From: an uncultured Candidatus Berkelbacteria bacterium
GTDB lineage: Bacteria; Patescibacteriota; UBA1384; UBA12157
Assembly (NCBI GenBank): GCA_903877885.1
Contig: CAIRFN010000007.1
Span: 111-64,110 of the forward strand
DNA: 64,000 nt
Direction of reading: 5' to 3'
Positions 28,017 through 37,068 of the stretch are shown here, piece after piece. The notes beneath the pieces were generated by a model that was given only the letters and a program-made list of their open reading frames with translations, was not told the DNA's origin and searched no databases. Every line of letters begins with the position of its first letter. The stretch's first letter is position 1. Position numbers and translations under genes: made by a program.

Positions 28017-28982
28017 TTATTTTTGATATTTCAGATAGCTTTCGATAAAACCGTCTAAGTCGCCGTTTAAGACTGCGTCGGGATCAGTCGAAGTATAATC
28101 GGTCCGATGGTCTTTGACTTGTTTGTATGGATGCAGAACATAGGAGCGGATTTGCGAGCCAAACTCGGCCGAGATATGCTCACCACGAAGTTTAACTTCT
28201 TCCTCGCGCTGTCGTTTTAATTCTAAAGCAAGCAACCGTGATTGTAAAATCTTCATGGCCATTTCTTTGTTTTGCAGTTGCGAACGTTCGTTTTGAACCG
28301 CAACAACTAGACCGGTTGGCAAGTGTGTTAACCGCACGGCCGAGTCAGTCGTATTGACTGATTGGCCGCCATGGCCGCCAGCGCGATAAACATCAACTTT
28401 CAAATCTTTATCTTCAATCGTAATATCGGTGGACTTATCAACTTCCGGCACGACTTCGACTAAAGCGAATGAGGTGTGACGAGCTTTGTCGGAATCATAG
28501 GGGCTTAGTCGGACTAAGCGGTGAACACCGGCTTCGCCTTTTAGTAACCCGAAAGCAAATGGTCCCTTAATTTCCAAAGTCGCGGACTTAATCCCCACTT
28601 CCTCGCCCGATGAAACTTCCAAAATCGTTTGAGTGAAACTTTTGCGGTCCGCATAGCGCTCATACATTCTAAGCAACATTTCCGCCCAATCTTGAGCGTC
28701 AGTGCCACCGGCTCCGGCGTGAATGGAAATAATAGCATTATTAGTATCGTATTTACCAGACAGCGTCGCTTTAATTTCCAGCGCATGAATTTGATCTTCG
28801 GTTACAGCCTCTGTCCATTCATCAACCAGTTTTTGCAAACTACTCATTTGTTGAGTCTTAAGCCCAGCTTCTTGAGGGTTAGCCCAAAAATCGGGACTAT
28901 TCATCTCTTGGTGAATGGCGGTAATTTTCTCTTCTTTAGCCGCTATATTTAATAAATTATATAATTCTTCTTTACTTGTCAT
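28017..28982 (-). CDS. prfB: Peptide chain release factor 2, encoded in a single frame with no programmed frameshift.
   Basis: GGQ motif (AGGHGGQSVNTTDSAVRLTHLPTG) and SPY (SPF-type) specificity loop RLSPYDSDKARHTSFA. Confidence 0.85.
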   Translation of the reverse strand: MTSKEELYNLLNIAAKEEKITAIHQEMNSPDFWANPQEAGLKTQQMSSLQKLVDEWTEAVTEDQIHALEIKATLSGKYDTNNAIISIHAGAGGTDAQDWAEMLLRMYERYADRKSFTQTILEVSSGEEVGIKSATLEIKGPFAFGLLKGEAGVHRLVRLSPYDSDKARHTSFALVEVVPEVDKSTDITIEDKDLKVDVYRAGGHGGQSVNTTDSAVRLTHLPTGLVVAVQNERSQLQNKEMAMKILQSRLLALELKRQREEEVKLRGEHISAEFGSQIRSYVLHPYKQVKDHRTDYTSTDPDAVLNGDLDGFIESYLKYQK

Positions 28983-29033
28983 GATTAGATTATAACAGGA
29001 AGGTCCAATAAGCTCAAGTCGGTTTAGTTAAGT

Positions 29034-29060
29034 ACAAAAAAACCGCGAAATAAATCGCGG
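29034..29060 (-). terminator. Intrinsic terminator after the 437-aa gene.
   Basis: Minus-strand CCGCGA-TTTATT-TCGCGG followed by a T7 run. Confidence 0.65.
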
Positions 29061-29074
29061 AATAAGTTTCGATA

Positions 29075-30388
29075 TTAATCGCCAGATTTTAACAATCTGA
29101 TAATATCCTGTTGTAAATTGGCTTTGACAAAGATTGGCTGCCAATGTTCAGCCGTGTCTTTGCCAGTATCGTAGGGTAAGACATAAGTCGAATTTTTGCT
29201 CAAATGTTTGATGATATCCAGACCACTTTGGCGCTCGTAGTCTTCGACTTTTGTGCGTTGTATGTCAGACATCTTGGTTTTTCGAACATGACCGCGAACC
29301 GCATGCGGCGATTTAAAGTTATTTGTGCATTCTTTGCGAATCGGTTTTAGTTCATCGGTTTTGAGAACTTTAGTAGAAATAGTCCGCTGAATGTAGATAA
29401 ACCGTGGTTTGTATTCGGAAATTAGCCGAACACCATAGGTTTTGGCTGGTTTCCAATCCTGGCGCGCCTGACTTCGATCATTAACTTTAACTTCCTTGGC
29501 TGTGCATAAGTCATGATAGATCAGCCAAGCAATAAAGTAAGCGAAATTGTAAGGACGGCCGCCATGGTCCATACCGATAGAAGTAAGAACATCGGGATCA
29601 ACGGCAACCATTGTCAATGAACCATAAGTGAATTCGGCTTTAATCATTAAGCCAAAATCGCCGGTCCCATACATCTGTTTGGGTTTAATTTTAACCCATT
29701 TGAGAATCGGATAACCGTGAATAACCACCTCGGTCCCGTCTGGGTCCGGCGCGTAACGGAAATTTTCTTTCAAGTCTTGATAGAGATTAGTAATAATACG
29801 TAAATCATTGAAAATTGGAATCTGATCGACAATTTGTTCAATCTGATAAATATCCGTCGGATCCGAAATGTAATCAAGATCAGTTTCATTGTCATACCAT
29901 AGTAACTGACCTTTGACTGGCAAAATCATTGTTCGCAAATCTTCAACCGATGTAACTTGTTTGCGGAGATTTTTAAACAATGGTTTACGGCCACTATAGC
30001 CGACTAGAACTTTGGTTTCATCGCCGATCAGATAATGAATCTGAACAATGATAATGTAAAGCAAGCTGTAAATATCATCGTCACCATCCACCCGAATTTC
30101 GGCCAGAATAGTATAGAATTCATCGAGTAGACTGAACTGCCGAGTGACTTCGATTTGCTTGGCAATAAGCGAAATTTTTTCAAACAGTCGATCAATAAAC
30201 AGTTCGGCCGATTCTTGATATTTATCGTCCGACATTTCAGTCATCATCGAAGTCAAAAATTTGCCACCGGTAGCGCAATCATCAGGCACCGGCAAAGTGA
30301 TGTTCGGATTAACACAAACTTTTTGAAGTAGTCGATGAGCCGCGCTTCGCGCAAGATAAGTCTTTAAAATTTCTGGCTTCTGCCACAT
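29075..30388 (-). CDS. Hypothetical protein (437 aa), GC-richer than the core genome.
   Basis: ORF followed by an intrinsic terminator at 29034-29060. No recognisable domain. Confidence 0.5.
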   Translation of the reverse strand: MWQKPEILKTYLARSAAHRLLQKVCVNPNITLPVPDDCATGGKFLTSMMTEMSDDKYQESAELFIDRLFEKISLIAKQIEVTRQFSLLDEFYTILAEIRVDGDDDIYSLLYIIIVQIHYLIGDETKVLVGYSGRKPLFKNLRKQVTSVEDLRTMILPVKGQLLWYDNETDLDYISDPTDIYQIEQIVDQIPIFNDLRIITNLYQDLKENFRYAPDPDGTEVVIHGYPILKWVKIKPKQMYGTGDFGLMIKAEFTYGSLTMVAVDPDVLTSIGMDHGGRPYNFAYFIAWLIYHDLCTAKEVKVNDRSQARQDWKPAKTYGVRLISEYKPRFIYIQRTISTKVLKTDELKPIRKECTNNFKSPHAVRGHVRKTKMSDIQRTKVEDYERQSGLDIIKHLSKNSTYVLPYDTGKDTAEHWQPIFVKANLQQDIIRLLKSGD

Positions 30389-30486
30389 ATCAGTCTCTCC
30401 TTTTGTCTGCAGGTTGGATTGTTAAGGTCGCATCGATAATAAGTAATTTTAACACCAAAACGACTAATCGTCAAGATTTTTAGTAC

Positions 30487-30527
30487 TAAAAAAGACTCTT
30501 TTGATATTATCGCCAGAGTCTTTTTTC
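30487..30527. terminator. Bidirectional terminator downstream of the LPXTG gene.
   Basis: AAAAAAGACTCT-N15-AGAGTCTTTTTT. Confidence 0.6.
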
Positions 30528-30538
30528 TTATATTAACT

Positions 30539-31147
30539 TTAGAAGTTTAATAAGTGAGAAACTGAATTGATACCTTGTTTGGTCCGATTAATTAGATAAC
30601 CGGTAGTTCCCAAACCAGCGACCAATAATGAAACAGCCACGTCCGCACCAGTTTTTGGCAAAGTGCCAGAACTGACCGGAGTACCAATTTTCACAACATT
30701 ACTGTTGGAGTTGGCATTGCTGTTCTTGCTGGTTTTATTGCTGGTTGAAGAAGATTTCTTGCTACCAGCAGTAGATTTGGCATTAGCAGTTGCTGAAGCC
30801 GAACCAGAAGCAGAACCAGAACCAATGTTAATAACATTGTTATTGGCATTAGCGTTAGCATTACTATTAGCATTGTTGTTGCCAGTAGTAGTCGCCAACT
30901 GGTGACTGGTTTGATGAGTAGAAGTGGTGTTGTTGGCCGCAGTTGATTTAGCGGTCGAATCAGCATCGGCTGAACCTTTAGCTGAGCCTGAACCAACGTT
31001 GATAACATTGTTGTTAGCATTTGAGCTAGCATTAGAGTTAGCATTATTGTTGGTAATTACAGCATCACTAGCATATGAAATGCCAGTAGTTGCCAATAGA
31101 CACAAAGCCATGGCCACTGCCACGAAAGTTTTGTTAGTTTTGTTCAT
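30539..31147 (-). CDS. LPXTG-anchored Asn/Ser-rich repetitive surface protein.
   Basis: Signal peptide and NANSNA.NNNVIN.GSGSA repeats. C-terminal LPKTG, then a hydrophobic stretch, then a basic tail (NRTKQ). Confidence 0.7.
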   Translation of the reverse strand: MNKTNKTFVAVAMALCLLATTGISYASDAVITNNNANSNASSNANNNVINVGSGSAKGSADADSTAKSTAANNTTSTHQTSHQLATTTGNNNANSNANANANNNVINIGSGSASGSASATANAKSTAGSKKSSSTSNKTSKNSNANSNSNVVKIGTPVSSGTLPKTGADVAVSLLVAGLGTTGYLINRTKQGINSVSHLLNF

Positions 31148-31329
31148 TTTATCCTTTCTTGGATATTATATGTTTTTTGAAATAAAATCAAATTCAAATT
31201 TACAAGACAACCCTGGAAGTTACCTTCTGATTCAAATTGACATTTTTTCGCCTTTCGACAAAGGCCTTGGGATTCTTCCCAAATTCGATTGCCTCGGAAG
31301 TTACTCCGAGGCGTTCGATCTAGAAGGAA

Positions 31330-32151
31330 TCAGCGGGCTACCGCCCAATTGTTGTTGGCGTTGCTATTAACATTTGAATTCAAGTTGTTGTTGGTTATCG
31401 GACCAACCGATCCACCGGTGGCCGATCCACCGGCTCCGCCGGTGGCAGTCGCAGACACATTGATTCGCGTCGGCGACGTTGTCGAAATACCGATCAACTG
31501 CCATGTGTTCATGGTCGCGCCATAAACACCACCCATCTGCGCGCAACCGTATTGTTGCGGTGCGAAGTTGTTCGTGATGTTATACACCACGATTGGTTGC
31601 ATCGGCGGTTGCGGTTGAGGCAGCGTAACTTGTTTTTCGATAACCCGCTCGATCACTCTTGTCTCACCAGGGTCACCTTTATCGCCTTGTTTACCTGTCG
31701 CCCCGACTAATCCCTGAATCACTGTCGTCGTATTCTTTTGAACGACGATTGTTTCAGGTTTGTCAAGCTTGCCATAGAAGAGAATCGCGTTACCGCGGAT
31801 CCCCTTCTGGGCATGCAGGAAATGGCCGTCGCCCGTCTGAAAGGTTACTCCAACCATTTGGGCTGACTCTTGCGGCGTGACATCCGGCCAAGGGACAGCA
31901 TCGTCCGGAGCAATACCCCACCGAAATTTGCCATTGGCACCAACCGGCAGATTTTCTTCAACACCTTCGTGTTTTGTAAAAAAATCCTTCGGCAGGCCAA
32001 ACCAATGAGCAAACCCAGTGTATCGCGCATCGGTACGAACCTCACTGACTGTGAGTTTCGCACGCTGTTCGGTCACATAGCCAGGCACACTAGCCTGGAC
32101 AAGGGTTACTGCCATTACGGCTAGCAGCAAAGCCATCACCAGATTTTTCAT
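31330..32151 (-). CDS. Secreted protein with a short collagen-like G-X-Y run and an Asn/Ser-rich C-terminus.
   Basis: Signal peptide; GATGKQGDKGDPGE; C-terminal NNNLNSNVNSNANNN resembling the adjacent LPXTG protein. High G+C. Confidence 0.5.
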   Translation of the reverse strand: MKNLVMALLLAVMAVTLVQASVPGYVTEQRAKLTVSEVRTDARYTGFAHWFGLPKDFFTKHEGVEENLPVGANGKFRWGIAPDDAVPWPDVTPQESAQMVGVTFQTGDGHFLHAQKGIRGNAILFYGKLDKPETIVVQKNTTTVIQGLVGATGKQGDKGDPGETRVIERVIEKQVTLPQPQPPMQPIVVYNITNNFAPQQYGCAQMGGVYGATMNTWQLIGISTTSPTRINVSATATGGAGGSATGGSVGPITNNNLNSNVNSNANNNWAVAR

Positions 32152-32154
32152 CGA

Positions 32155-33504
32155 CTAATCCTCCTCAATCGTGATGAAATCCGTTTTTATCGTGGGTATT
32201 TCACCACGATAAATATGTATTTCCAGGATATTCACATCCGCGTTGGTACACTGGACGGAATTCGCCGTAGCCGTGGCATAAGCAAGGACGGCACCAGTCT
32301 TATGGTCACAGAGTGAGATACACTGCGGTTTAGCCATTAACTGGTAAAACCACTTACTATTGACCAACTGAGTTGGGCATTTTATATTCTTAATGCCCTT
32401 CCAGATAACGACTGTGACACTCAAATTGAGTGTAACTAACTCTTCAGACGGTTGCGTTTTTATAACAGTTGATACGCTCGCCGTCGCTGTCGATGATGCA
32501 GTCGCGGTTACACTCACCGATGAAGATGAGCTTACTCGTACTTGTCCATCAACATGAATTGTTGGCGGAATATTCGATTCCACCTGCGGTACTGTTGGCA
32601 CAATTGCCTGCGGTACAGCTGGCGGACCAAGTGGTTCTCCTTGCGGCATTGGTGGCTCGATTTTCTGTGGTACCACCACCGGCGGCAACGGAATCGGAAT
32701 CGGAACTGGAGTTGGCGGCGGCGCTTGTTGACTTGGACTTGGCGGCGGTTGGGTATGATTATTAGTCATACCAGCCACTGTGTTATTCAAAGCCACCACA
32801 GCCGGATCAGGTGTTGCCCAACTGGGCACAAAACCTCTAAGATACGTAAATGTCGTATGATCGCCGTCAATAGTATTCGGTATTTGGTCGAAATCAGGCA
32901 TTGCCTGCTGGACCATAATATCGAATCCGACTGTTACCTTGCGAGTTGAGTCATAAGTAATCGGAATAATTACGATTGTGATTTTATTATGTTTATCACA
33001 AACCGCGACTTTCCATTCTAGACTTGACATCTCACCAGGCGTTAACGCGACTGCAATATCGCGCGACTCATAGACATCCTTATCTTTCGCCTTTTTCTTT
33101 GGCATTAGAACTTTACATTTCATTAACACCGGCTCATTGCCGATAGGTAATGATAATGAATAGCCCTTATTGACAAAAAAATTAGTCTGCCAAACAGTGT
33201 TGCCACCATCTGGCGTCATAATCGCCTCTTCGATTTTTCCACCTTCGATACCGACAGTGGAAAGCGAAACTTCGTAAGACATCGATGAATGCGCTGTTAC
33301 CACAGTTAAAACATTCATCTTGGTGCTTGTACCACCGACCGGACGACCAAAGTGCTTGGCATTACAACGTGACGAAAGCCCAGTTAGGTCAGTCCATTCA
33401 GTGATGGAAATTCCACCACTCCATTGAAAGTCTTGCGCCAGAATCGGCGCTACTGTAATCGCTATGATTACAGCAAGAAACCAAATTTTCAAATTACCTC
33501 GCAT
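32155..33504 (-). CDS. Secreted protein with a Pro-rich linker and a Ser/Thr/Ala-rich segment.
   Basis: Signal peptide (AVIIAITVAPILAQ); PPPSPSQQAPPPTPVPIPIPLPP linker; SSSSVSVTATASSTATAS. High G+C. Confidence 0.5.
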   Translation of the reverse strand: MRGNLKIWFLAVIIAITVAPILAQDFQWSGGISITEWTDLTGLSSRCNAKHFGRPVGGTSTKMNVLTVVTAHSSMSYEVSLSTVGIEGGKIEEAIMTPDGGNTVWQTNFFVNKGYSLSLPIGNEPVLMKCKVLMPKKKAKDKDVYESRDIAVALTPGEMSSLEWKVAVCDKHNKITIVIIPITYDSTRKVTVGFDIMVQQAMPDFDQIPNTIDGDHTTFTYLRGFVPSWATPDPAVVALNNTVAGMTNNHTQPPPSPSQQAPPPTPVPIPIPLPPVVVPQKIEPPMPQGEPLGPPAVPQAIVPTVPQVESNIPPTIHVDGQVRVSSSSSVSVTATASSTATASVSTVIKTQPSEELVTLNLSVTVVIWKGIKNIKCPTQLVNSKWFYQLMAKPQCISLCDHKTGAVLAYATATANSVQCTNADVNILEIHIYRGEIPTIKTDFITIEED

Positions 33505-33677
33505 GTCGATACCTCCTCAACTGAATTTCGATTGCGAATTTTTTTGCCAAAAGATTTTGGCCTTGTTAAAGGGCGGAGATCTTTTTGGCGAAAGATTAGC
33601 CGGAGTAAGGGACGAGGGGCAGACCCAATATAATAAGGGTCAACTCTCCACAAACCCCAGCTAATCTTTTGTCAAAA

Positions 33678-33706
33678 AGAAGGGCACCTTGGCCCTCTCC
33701 TTTTTT
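33678..33706. terminator. Putative terminator downstream of cysS.
   Basis: AGGGC-ACCTTG-GCCCT then CTCCTTTTTTT. The stem is short. Confidence 0.4.
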
Positions 33707-33746
33707 TATTTTCAACACTAAATTGTAACACAAACCGACTGGTTTG

Positions 33747-35102
33747 TCAAGGTTTATTTAGTATTTTTGTGCCTTCAGCCGTGTCTTCGATATTAATGCC
33801 TTGCTCGGCCAACTCGCTTCTTATTTTATCAGATTTAGCCCAATCACCAACCTTGCGCGCCGCTTCGCGTTCTTCAACCATTGATTTTTGTTCGACAGAT
33901 AATTCGGTTTTAGCCTCTTTTTGAATTAAGTCCAAACCCAAAACCCTATCCATTTCAGCAACGGTTGCTAGCTTATCTTCAGGGCTAATTTTGTCATCGC
34001 GAACCAATTCCCAAAGAACTGACAATGCCCCTGGCGAATCTAAATCATTAGCCATTTTAAGGTTAAACTGGCCAGAATATTCAGTGTTAATACTACCAAT
34101 ATTTACATCAAAATCCTCGATTATCCGCTTTAATCTGGTTCGCGCGTTTCTGGCACCTTCCAGACCATCCCAGGTAAAATTCATTTTAGTTCGATAATGG
34201 GCCCCTAAGCAAAGATAACGAAAATCGAGCCCGGAAAAACCCTTAGCTTTGATATCGTTTAAAGTATAGAAATTATTTAAGGATTTGCTCATCTTCTTGT
34301 TGTCAACCAAAAGATGTTCGTTGTGGAGCCAGTAATTAACAAATTTAACCCCGGTTTTGCCTTCAGATTGAGCAATTTCGTTTTCATGGTGCGGAAAAAT
34401 ATTATCAACGCCGCCGGTATGAATATCTAGAGTGTTACCCAAAATATCCATCGACATCGCCGAGCATTCAATACTCCAACCAGGCCGACCTTTACCAAGT
34501 GACGTTTCCCAAAAAATCTCGCCGTCAGCTTCGTCCCAAGCTTTCCATAAAACAAAATCAGCCGGGTTTTCCTTGTCATATTCGTCTTGATTGACTCTAG
34601 CACCAGGCTTTAAACTAGTCTGATCCAAATGCGCCAATTTACCATATTCAGGAAATTTGGCAATCGAAAAATAAATTGAACCGTCGCTGGTTTTATAGGC
34701 CAAACCTTTTTCCAGCAATACTTCGATAAATTTAACCATTTTGTCAACGTATTTAGTCGCGTTAGTCACCACATTTGGCTTCAGATTATTAATTTGGGAA
34801 AAATCAGACCAAAACTGGTCTTCATATTTTTTAATCACCTGCTCAAATTCCGCCCTCTTGCCCTCGCCTTTTTTGATTGTTTTATCGTCAATATCAGTAA
34901 TATTCATCACCCGATTCAGATCGTATCCGGCGTGAGTCAAAACTCTGGTCAAAAGATCAGCAAAAATATAGGCGCGCAAATTGCCAATGTGAACCGAGTC
35001 GTAAACCGTTGGACCGCAAGTGTAAAGTTTAACTTTACCCGGTTCGATTGGTTTAAAATCTTCGATTTTACGATCTAAGGTATTAAAAAATTTAATCGTC
35101 AA
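33747..35102 (-). CDS. cysS: Cysteinyl-tRNA synthetase.
   Basis: CGPTVYDSVHIGN (HIGH) and KMSKSLNN (KMSKS) motifs; Zn ligands. Confidence 0.9.
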   Translation of the reverse strand: MTIKFFNTLDRKIEDFKPIEPGKVKLYTCGPTVYDSVHIGNLRAYIFADLLTRVLTHAGYDLNRVMNITDIDDKTIKKGEGKRAEFEQVIKKYEDQFWSDFSQINNLKPNVVTNATKYVDKMVKFIEVLLEKGLAYKTSDGSIYFSIAKFPEYGKLAHLDQTSLKPGARVNQDEYDKENPADFVLWKAWDEADGEIFWETSLGKGRPGWSIECSAMSMDILGNTLDIHTGGVDNIFPHHENEIAQSEGKTGVKFVNYWLHNEHLLVDNKKMSKSLNNFYTLNDIKAKGFSGLDFRYLCLGAHYRTKMNFTWDGLEGARNARTRLKRIIEDFDVNIGSINTEYSGQFNLKMANDLDSPGALSVLWELVRDDKISPEDKLATVAEMDRVLGLDLIQKEAKTELSVEQKSMVEEREAARKVGDWAKSDKIRSELAEQGINIEDTAEGTKILNKP

Positions 35103-35331
35103 ATTTATCTTCTTCCTCTTCGTCAGCCTCTTCTAATGGCACGATTTCAATCTCACCATCTTTTTGAACCATATCTTTCGGATACGATTCCAAATCTTCA
35201 TCGTCAAATTCATCATAAGCGGAATTACCTTCCGAAAAAACACCACCGCAAATGTCGCAAATATCCCCAATTGGACCTTTTTCGCCACATTCACAGACAC
35301 CTTCTAAAAGTTGATCTTCTGTCATTTCCAT
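35092..35331 (-). CDS. Small acidic protein with a CxC...CxxC zinc-ribbon-like cluster.
   Basis: 79-aa ORF with GVCECGEKGPIGDICDICGG and D/E-rich flanks. Overlaps the cysS start. Confidence 0.4.
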   Translation of the reverse strand: MEMTEDQLLEGVCECGEKGPIGDICDICGGVFSEGNSAYDEFDDEDLESYPKDMVQKDGEIEIVPLEEADEEEEDKFDD

Positions 35332-35340
35332 CTCCCTTTA

Positions 35341-35420
35341 TTAATTATTTAATGCAGAATGCAGAATTAATTAATTTATTTTTTAATTCTTTTATTCTGA
35401 ATTCTGAATTATCTAATTAT
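35341..35420. repeat. Repeat D copy 1 (AT-rich palindromic element).
   Basis: Contains ATGCAGAATGCAGAATTAATTAAT...TTCTGAATTCTGAATTA. Immediately downstream of the recR stop. Confidence 0.5.
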
Positions 35421-36022
35421 TAATATTCTTTTCTTCCCTCTAATGCTCTAGTTAGAGTGATTTCATCGGCATATTCCAGATCGCCACCAACCGGCAAACC
35501 TCTGGCAATCCGGGTCACCTTAACTTTGAAGCCTTTTTTATGTATTTGGCTATCCAAATACATACTGGTCGCTTCCCCTTCCAATGATGGGTCGGTAGCC
35601 AAAATCACCTCTTTAATTTCGGGGTTCTTCTCGATTTTAGCTAAAAACTCCGCAATACGCAAATTTTCCGGGCCAATACCATCGATCGGCGAAATTACCC
35701 CGCCTAATGTAAAGTATAAACCATCGTAATCGGTCTTTTCCAGTGCCACAATGTCAAGAGGTTCCTCCACTACCATAATTTTAGTTTTATCGCGTTGAGG
35801 ATTAGCGCAAATTTCGCACGGTTCGCTTTCAGTAATATTAAAACATTCGGAACAATATTTTAGGTTTTTCTTGAGATTTGAAACCGCCTCGCCCAGGTTT
35901 TTAATATCATAATCAGGTTTATTAAGTAAATAAAAAGTCAGCCGCCCGGCGGTTTTAGGCCCAATTCCAGGCAGTTTTCCAAATTCTTCAATTAAATTTT
36001 CGATCGATTTCGGTAACCGCAT
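35420..36022 (-). CDS. recR: Recombination protein RecR.
   Basis: LPGIGPKTAGR helix-hairpin-helix, C4 zinc finger CSEC...CEIC, Toprim domain. Start at MRLPKS. Confidence 0.9.
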   Translation of the reverse strand: MRLPKSIENLIEEFGKLPGIGPKTAGRLTFYLLNKPDYDIKNLGEAVSNLKKNLKYCSECFNITESEPCEICANPQRDKTKIMVVEEPLDIVALEKTDYDGLYFTLGGVISPIDGIGPENLRIAEFLAKIEKNPEIKEVILATDPSLEGEATSMYLDSQIHKKGFKVKVTRIARGLPVGGDLEYADEITLTRALEGRKEY

Positions 36023-36115
36023 ATATTGAATATATAAATTACTGGATGTTTTAGCAAGGGGCATTTTCCACCACCGCCACTTCGGAAGTGGAGGTGAGGT
36101 TTGAGCCCCGTCCTC

Positions 36116-36144
36116 TTGACTTTTGAGGGATTTTGGAGTATGAT
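36116..36144 (+). promoter_or_regulatory. Sigma-70-type promoter TTGACT-17-TATGAT for cassette 1.
   Basis: TTGACTTTTGAGGGATTTTGGAGTATGAT, followed by an AAGGAGG RBS. Confidence 0.55.
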
Positions 36145-36181
36145 ATTATATTGAATCTGGAAATCGAAAAGGAGGAAATAG

Positions 36182-36403
36182 ATGAAAGATTGTATGGACA
36201 TCACGTCCCCAAAGGGGACAAAAGTCCGGTTTTCCTACCCTAAAAATGGGTATGACAGTGACCAGGCCACGGCTAAAAAACATTTAACTGTCGGTCAGGT
36301 CTATACCGTGGACCACACCGTGGTTCACGACTGGCACACTGAAGTCTTTCTCCAGGAAAAGCCTGGAGTAAGCTTCAATCACGTGCATTTTGCGAAAGCA
36401 TAG
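36182..36403 (+). CDS. Hypothetical 73-aa protein in self-contained cassette 1.
   Basis: Own consensus promoter, AAGGAGG RBS and intrinsic terminator. GC-richer than the flanks. Confidence 0.5.
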   Translation: MKDCMDITSPKGTKVRFSYPKNGYDSDQATAKKHLTVGQVYTVDHTVVHDWHTEVFLQEKPGVSFNHVHFAKA

Positions 36404-36417
36404 GCACATTCTAACAG

Positions 36418-36484
36418 CCCGCGAAAAGACCCGTGAAGACATAAATTTATTTTTATTTCTTCATCCCGTCTTCGCGGGTTTTTT
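36418..36484 (+). terminator. Intrinsic terminator of cassette 1.
   Basis: CCCGCGAAAAGACCCGTGAAGAC...GTCTTCATCCCGTCTTCGCGGG then TTTTTT. Confidence 0.7.
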
Positions 36485-36508
36485 CGTATTTAAAAAATAC
36501 ACTTACTC

Positions 36509-36537
36509 TTGACAAATGACGGATTTTACCATATAAT
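36509..36537 (+). promoter_or_regulatory. Sigma-70-type promoter TTGACA-17-TATAAT for cassette 2.
   Basis: TTGACAAATGACGGATTTTACCATATAAT. Homologous to the cassette 1 promoter (CTCTTGAC...TGA.GGATTTT). Confidence 0.6.
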
Positions 36538-36566
36538 TGCTATATCAAAATCCAGAGGAGGACGTT

Positions 36567-36869
36567 ATGTCTTTACGACCATTTCACGAAACGATTGTGG
36601 ATGCCATTAAGCGATGCAAGCCCAGTCCATCTGCTGGCGAGATTCTTCATCTCCATCGATTGATTATGGACACCAAAATCCCGTCAAATCACGATGCAAT
36701 CCTGGAAGCGCTTCGCAAATATTGGGATTTCCCAGGATCCAGTAAATGGGGCCTCGAAATTCAGGACGTTGAAAAATCTCTGCGTGAGCAGAAGCAGAAA
36801 CATCTCGAAGAACAGGCTGAACACCAGCCGAAAATGACCGAAGAGGAAGACTACCGTCTGCGTCGATAA
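36567..36869 (+). CDS. Hypothetical ~100-aa protein in self-contained cassette 2.
   Basis: Consensus promoter TTGACA-17-TATAAT, AGGAGG RBS 6 nt before the ATG at 36567, and a terminator homologous to that of cassette 1. Confidence 0.5.
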   Translation: MSLRPFHETIVDAIKRCKPSPSAGEILHLHRLIMDTKIPSNHDAILEALRKYWDFPGSSKWGLEIQDVEKSLREQKQKHLEEQAEHQPKMTEEEDYRLRR

Positions 36870-36893
36870 AATATAACCAATAACCCGCGAAAG

Positions 36894-36930
36894 CGGCGGA
36901 AAAGCCCGCCCTCTAGTTCGCGGGTTTTTT
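36894..36930 (+). terminator. Intrinsic terminator of cassette 2, homologous to the cassette 1 terminator.
   Basis: CCCGCGAAAGCGGCGGAAAAGCCCGCCCTCTAGTTCGCGGG then TTTTTT. Shares its ends and 3' flank (TTTTTTCGTA.TTAAAAA) with the 36418 element. Confidence 0.7.
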
Positions 36931-37013
36931 CGTACTTAAAAATATAAAATTTATATCTTTTCATACCTTTCCATCCACCTCGTAGGTGGAACAATAGGTT
37001 TAGTAACCAGTTA

Positions 37014-37055
37014 CTGGATTCTTGATGTCGAGTGCCACTCGGCTCTAGAATGACA
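37014..37055. repeat. Repeat B copy.
   Basis: CTGGATTCTTGATGTCGAGTGCCACTCGGCTCTAGAATGACA, downstream of the topA stop. Confidence 0.8.
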
Positions 37056-37068
37056 ACTATAATGAGAA

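Noticed and set aside
28017-28982. Possible programmed +1 frameshift in prfB, or an alternative genetic code (UGA reassigned).
   Set aside because: prfB reads as a single intact frame with the GGQ and SPY motifs. Across the window, conserved proteins end at TGA/TAA/TAG where their orthologs end, so the standard code fits.
30663-31525. Plus-strand ORFs 30663-30905, 30924-31370 and 31289-31525, and minus-strand ORF 30691-31044, with Leu/Ala/Pro-rich translations.
   Set aside because: They are antisense or alternate-frame readings of the Asn/Ser-repeat and GC-rich secreted-protein genes. Their low-complexity composition mirrors the repeat on the coding strand, and no RBS is present.
33464-33664. 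66-aa plus-strand ORF downstream of the secreted-protein island.
   Set aside because: There is no RBS and it overlaps the upstream gene's start region, so it is probably a chance ORF in GC-rich DNA.
36100-36935. The GC-rich E. coli-like promoter/RBS/terminator cassettes as possible contaminant sequence.
   Set aside because: They are contiguous with lineage-specific repeat B (37014-37055) and recR with no composition break at a single point. This is still worth verifying with read-level data.
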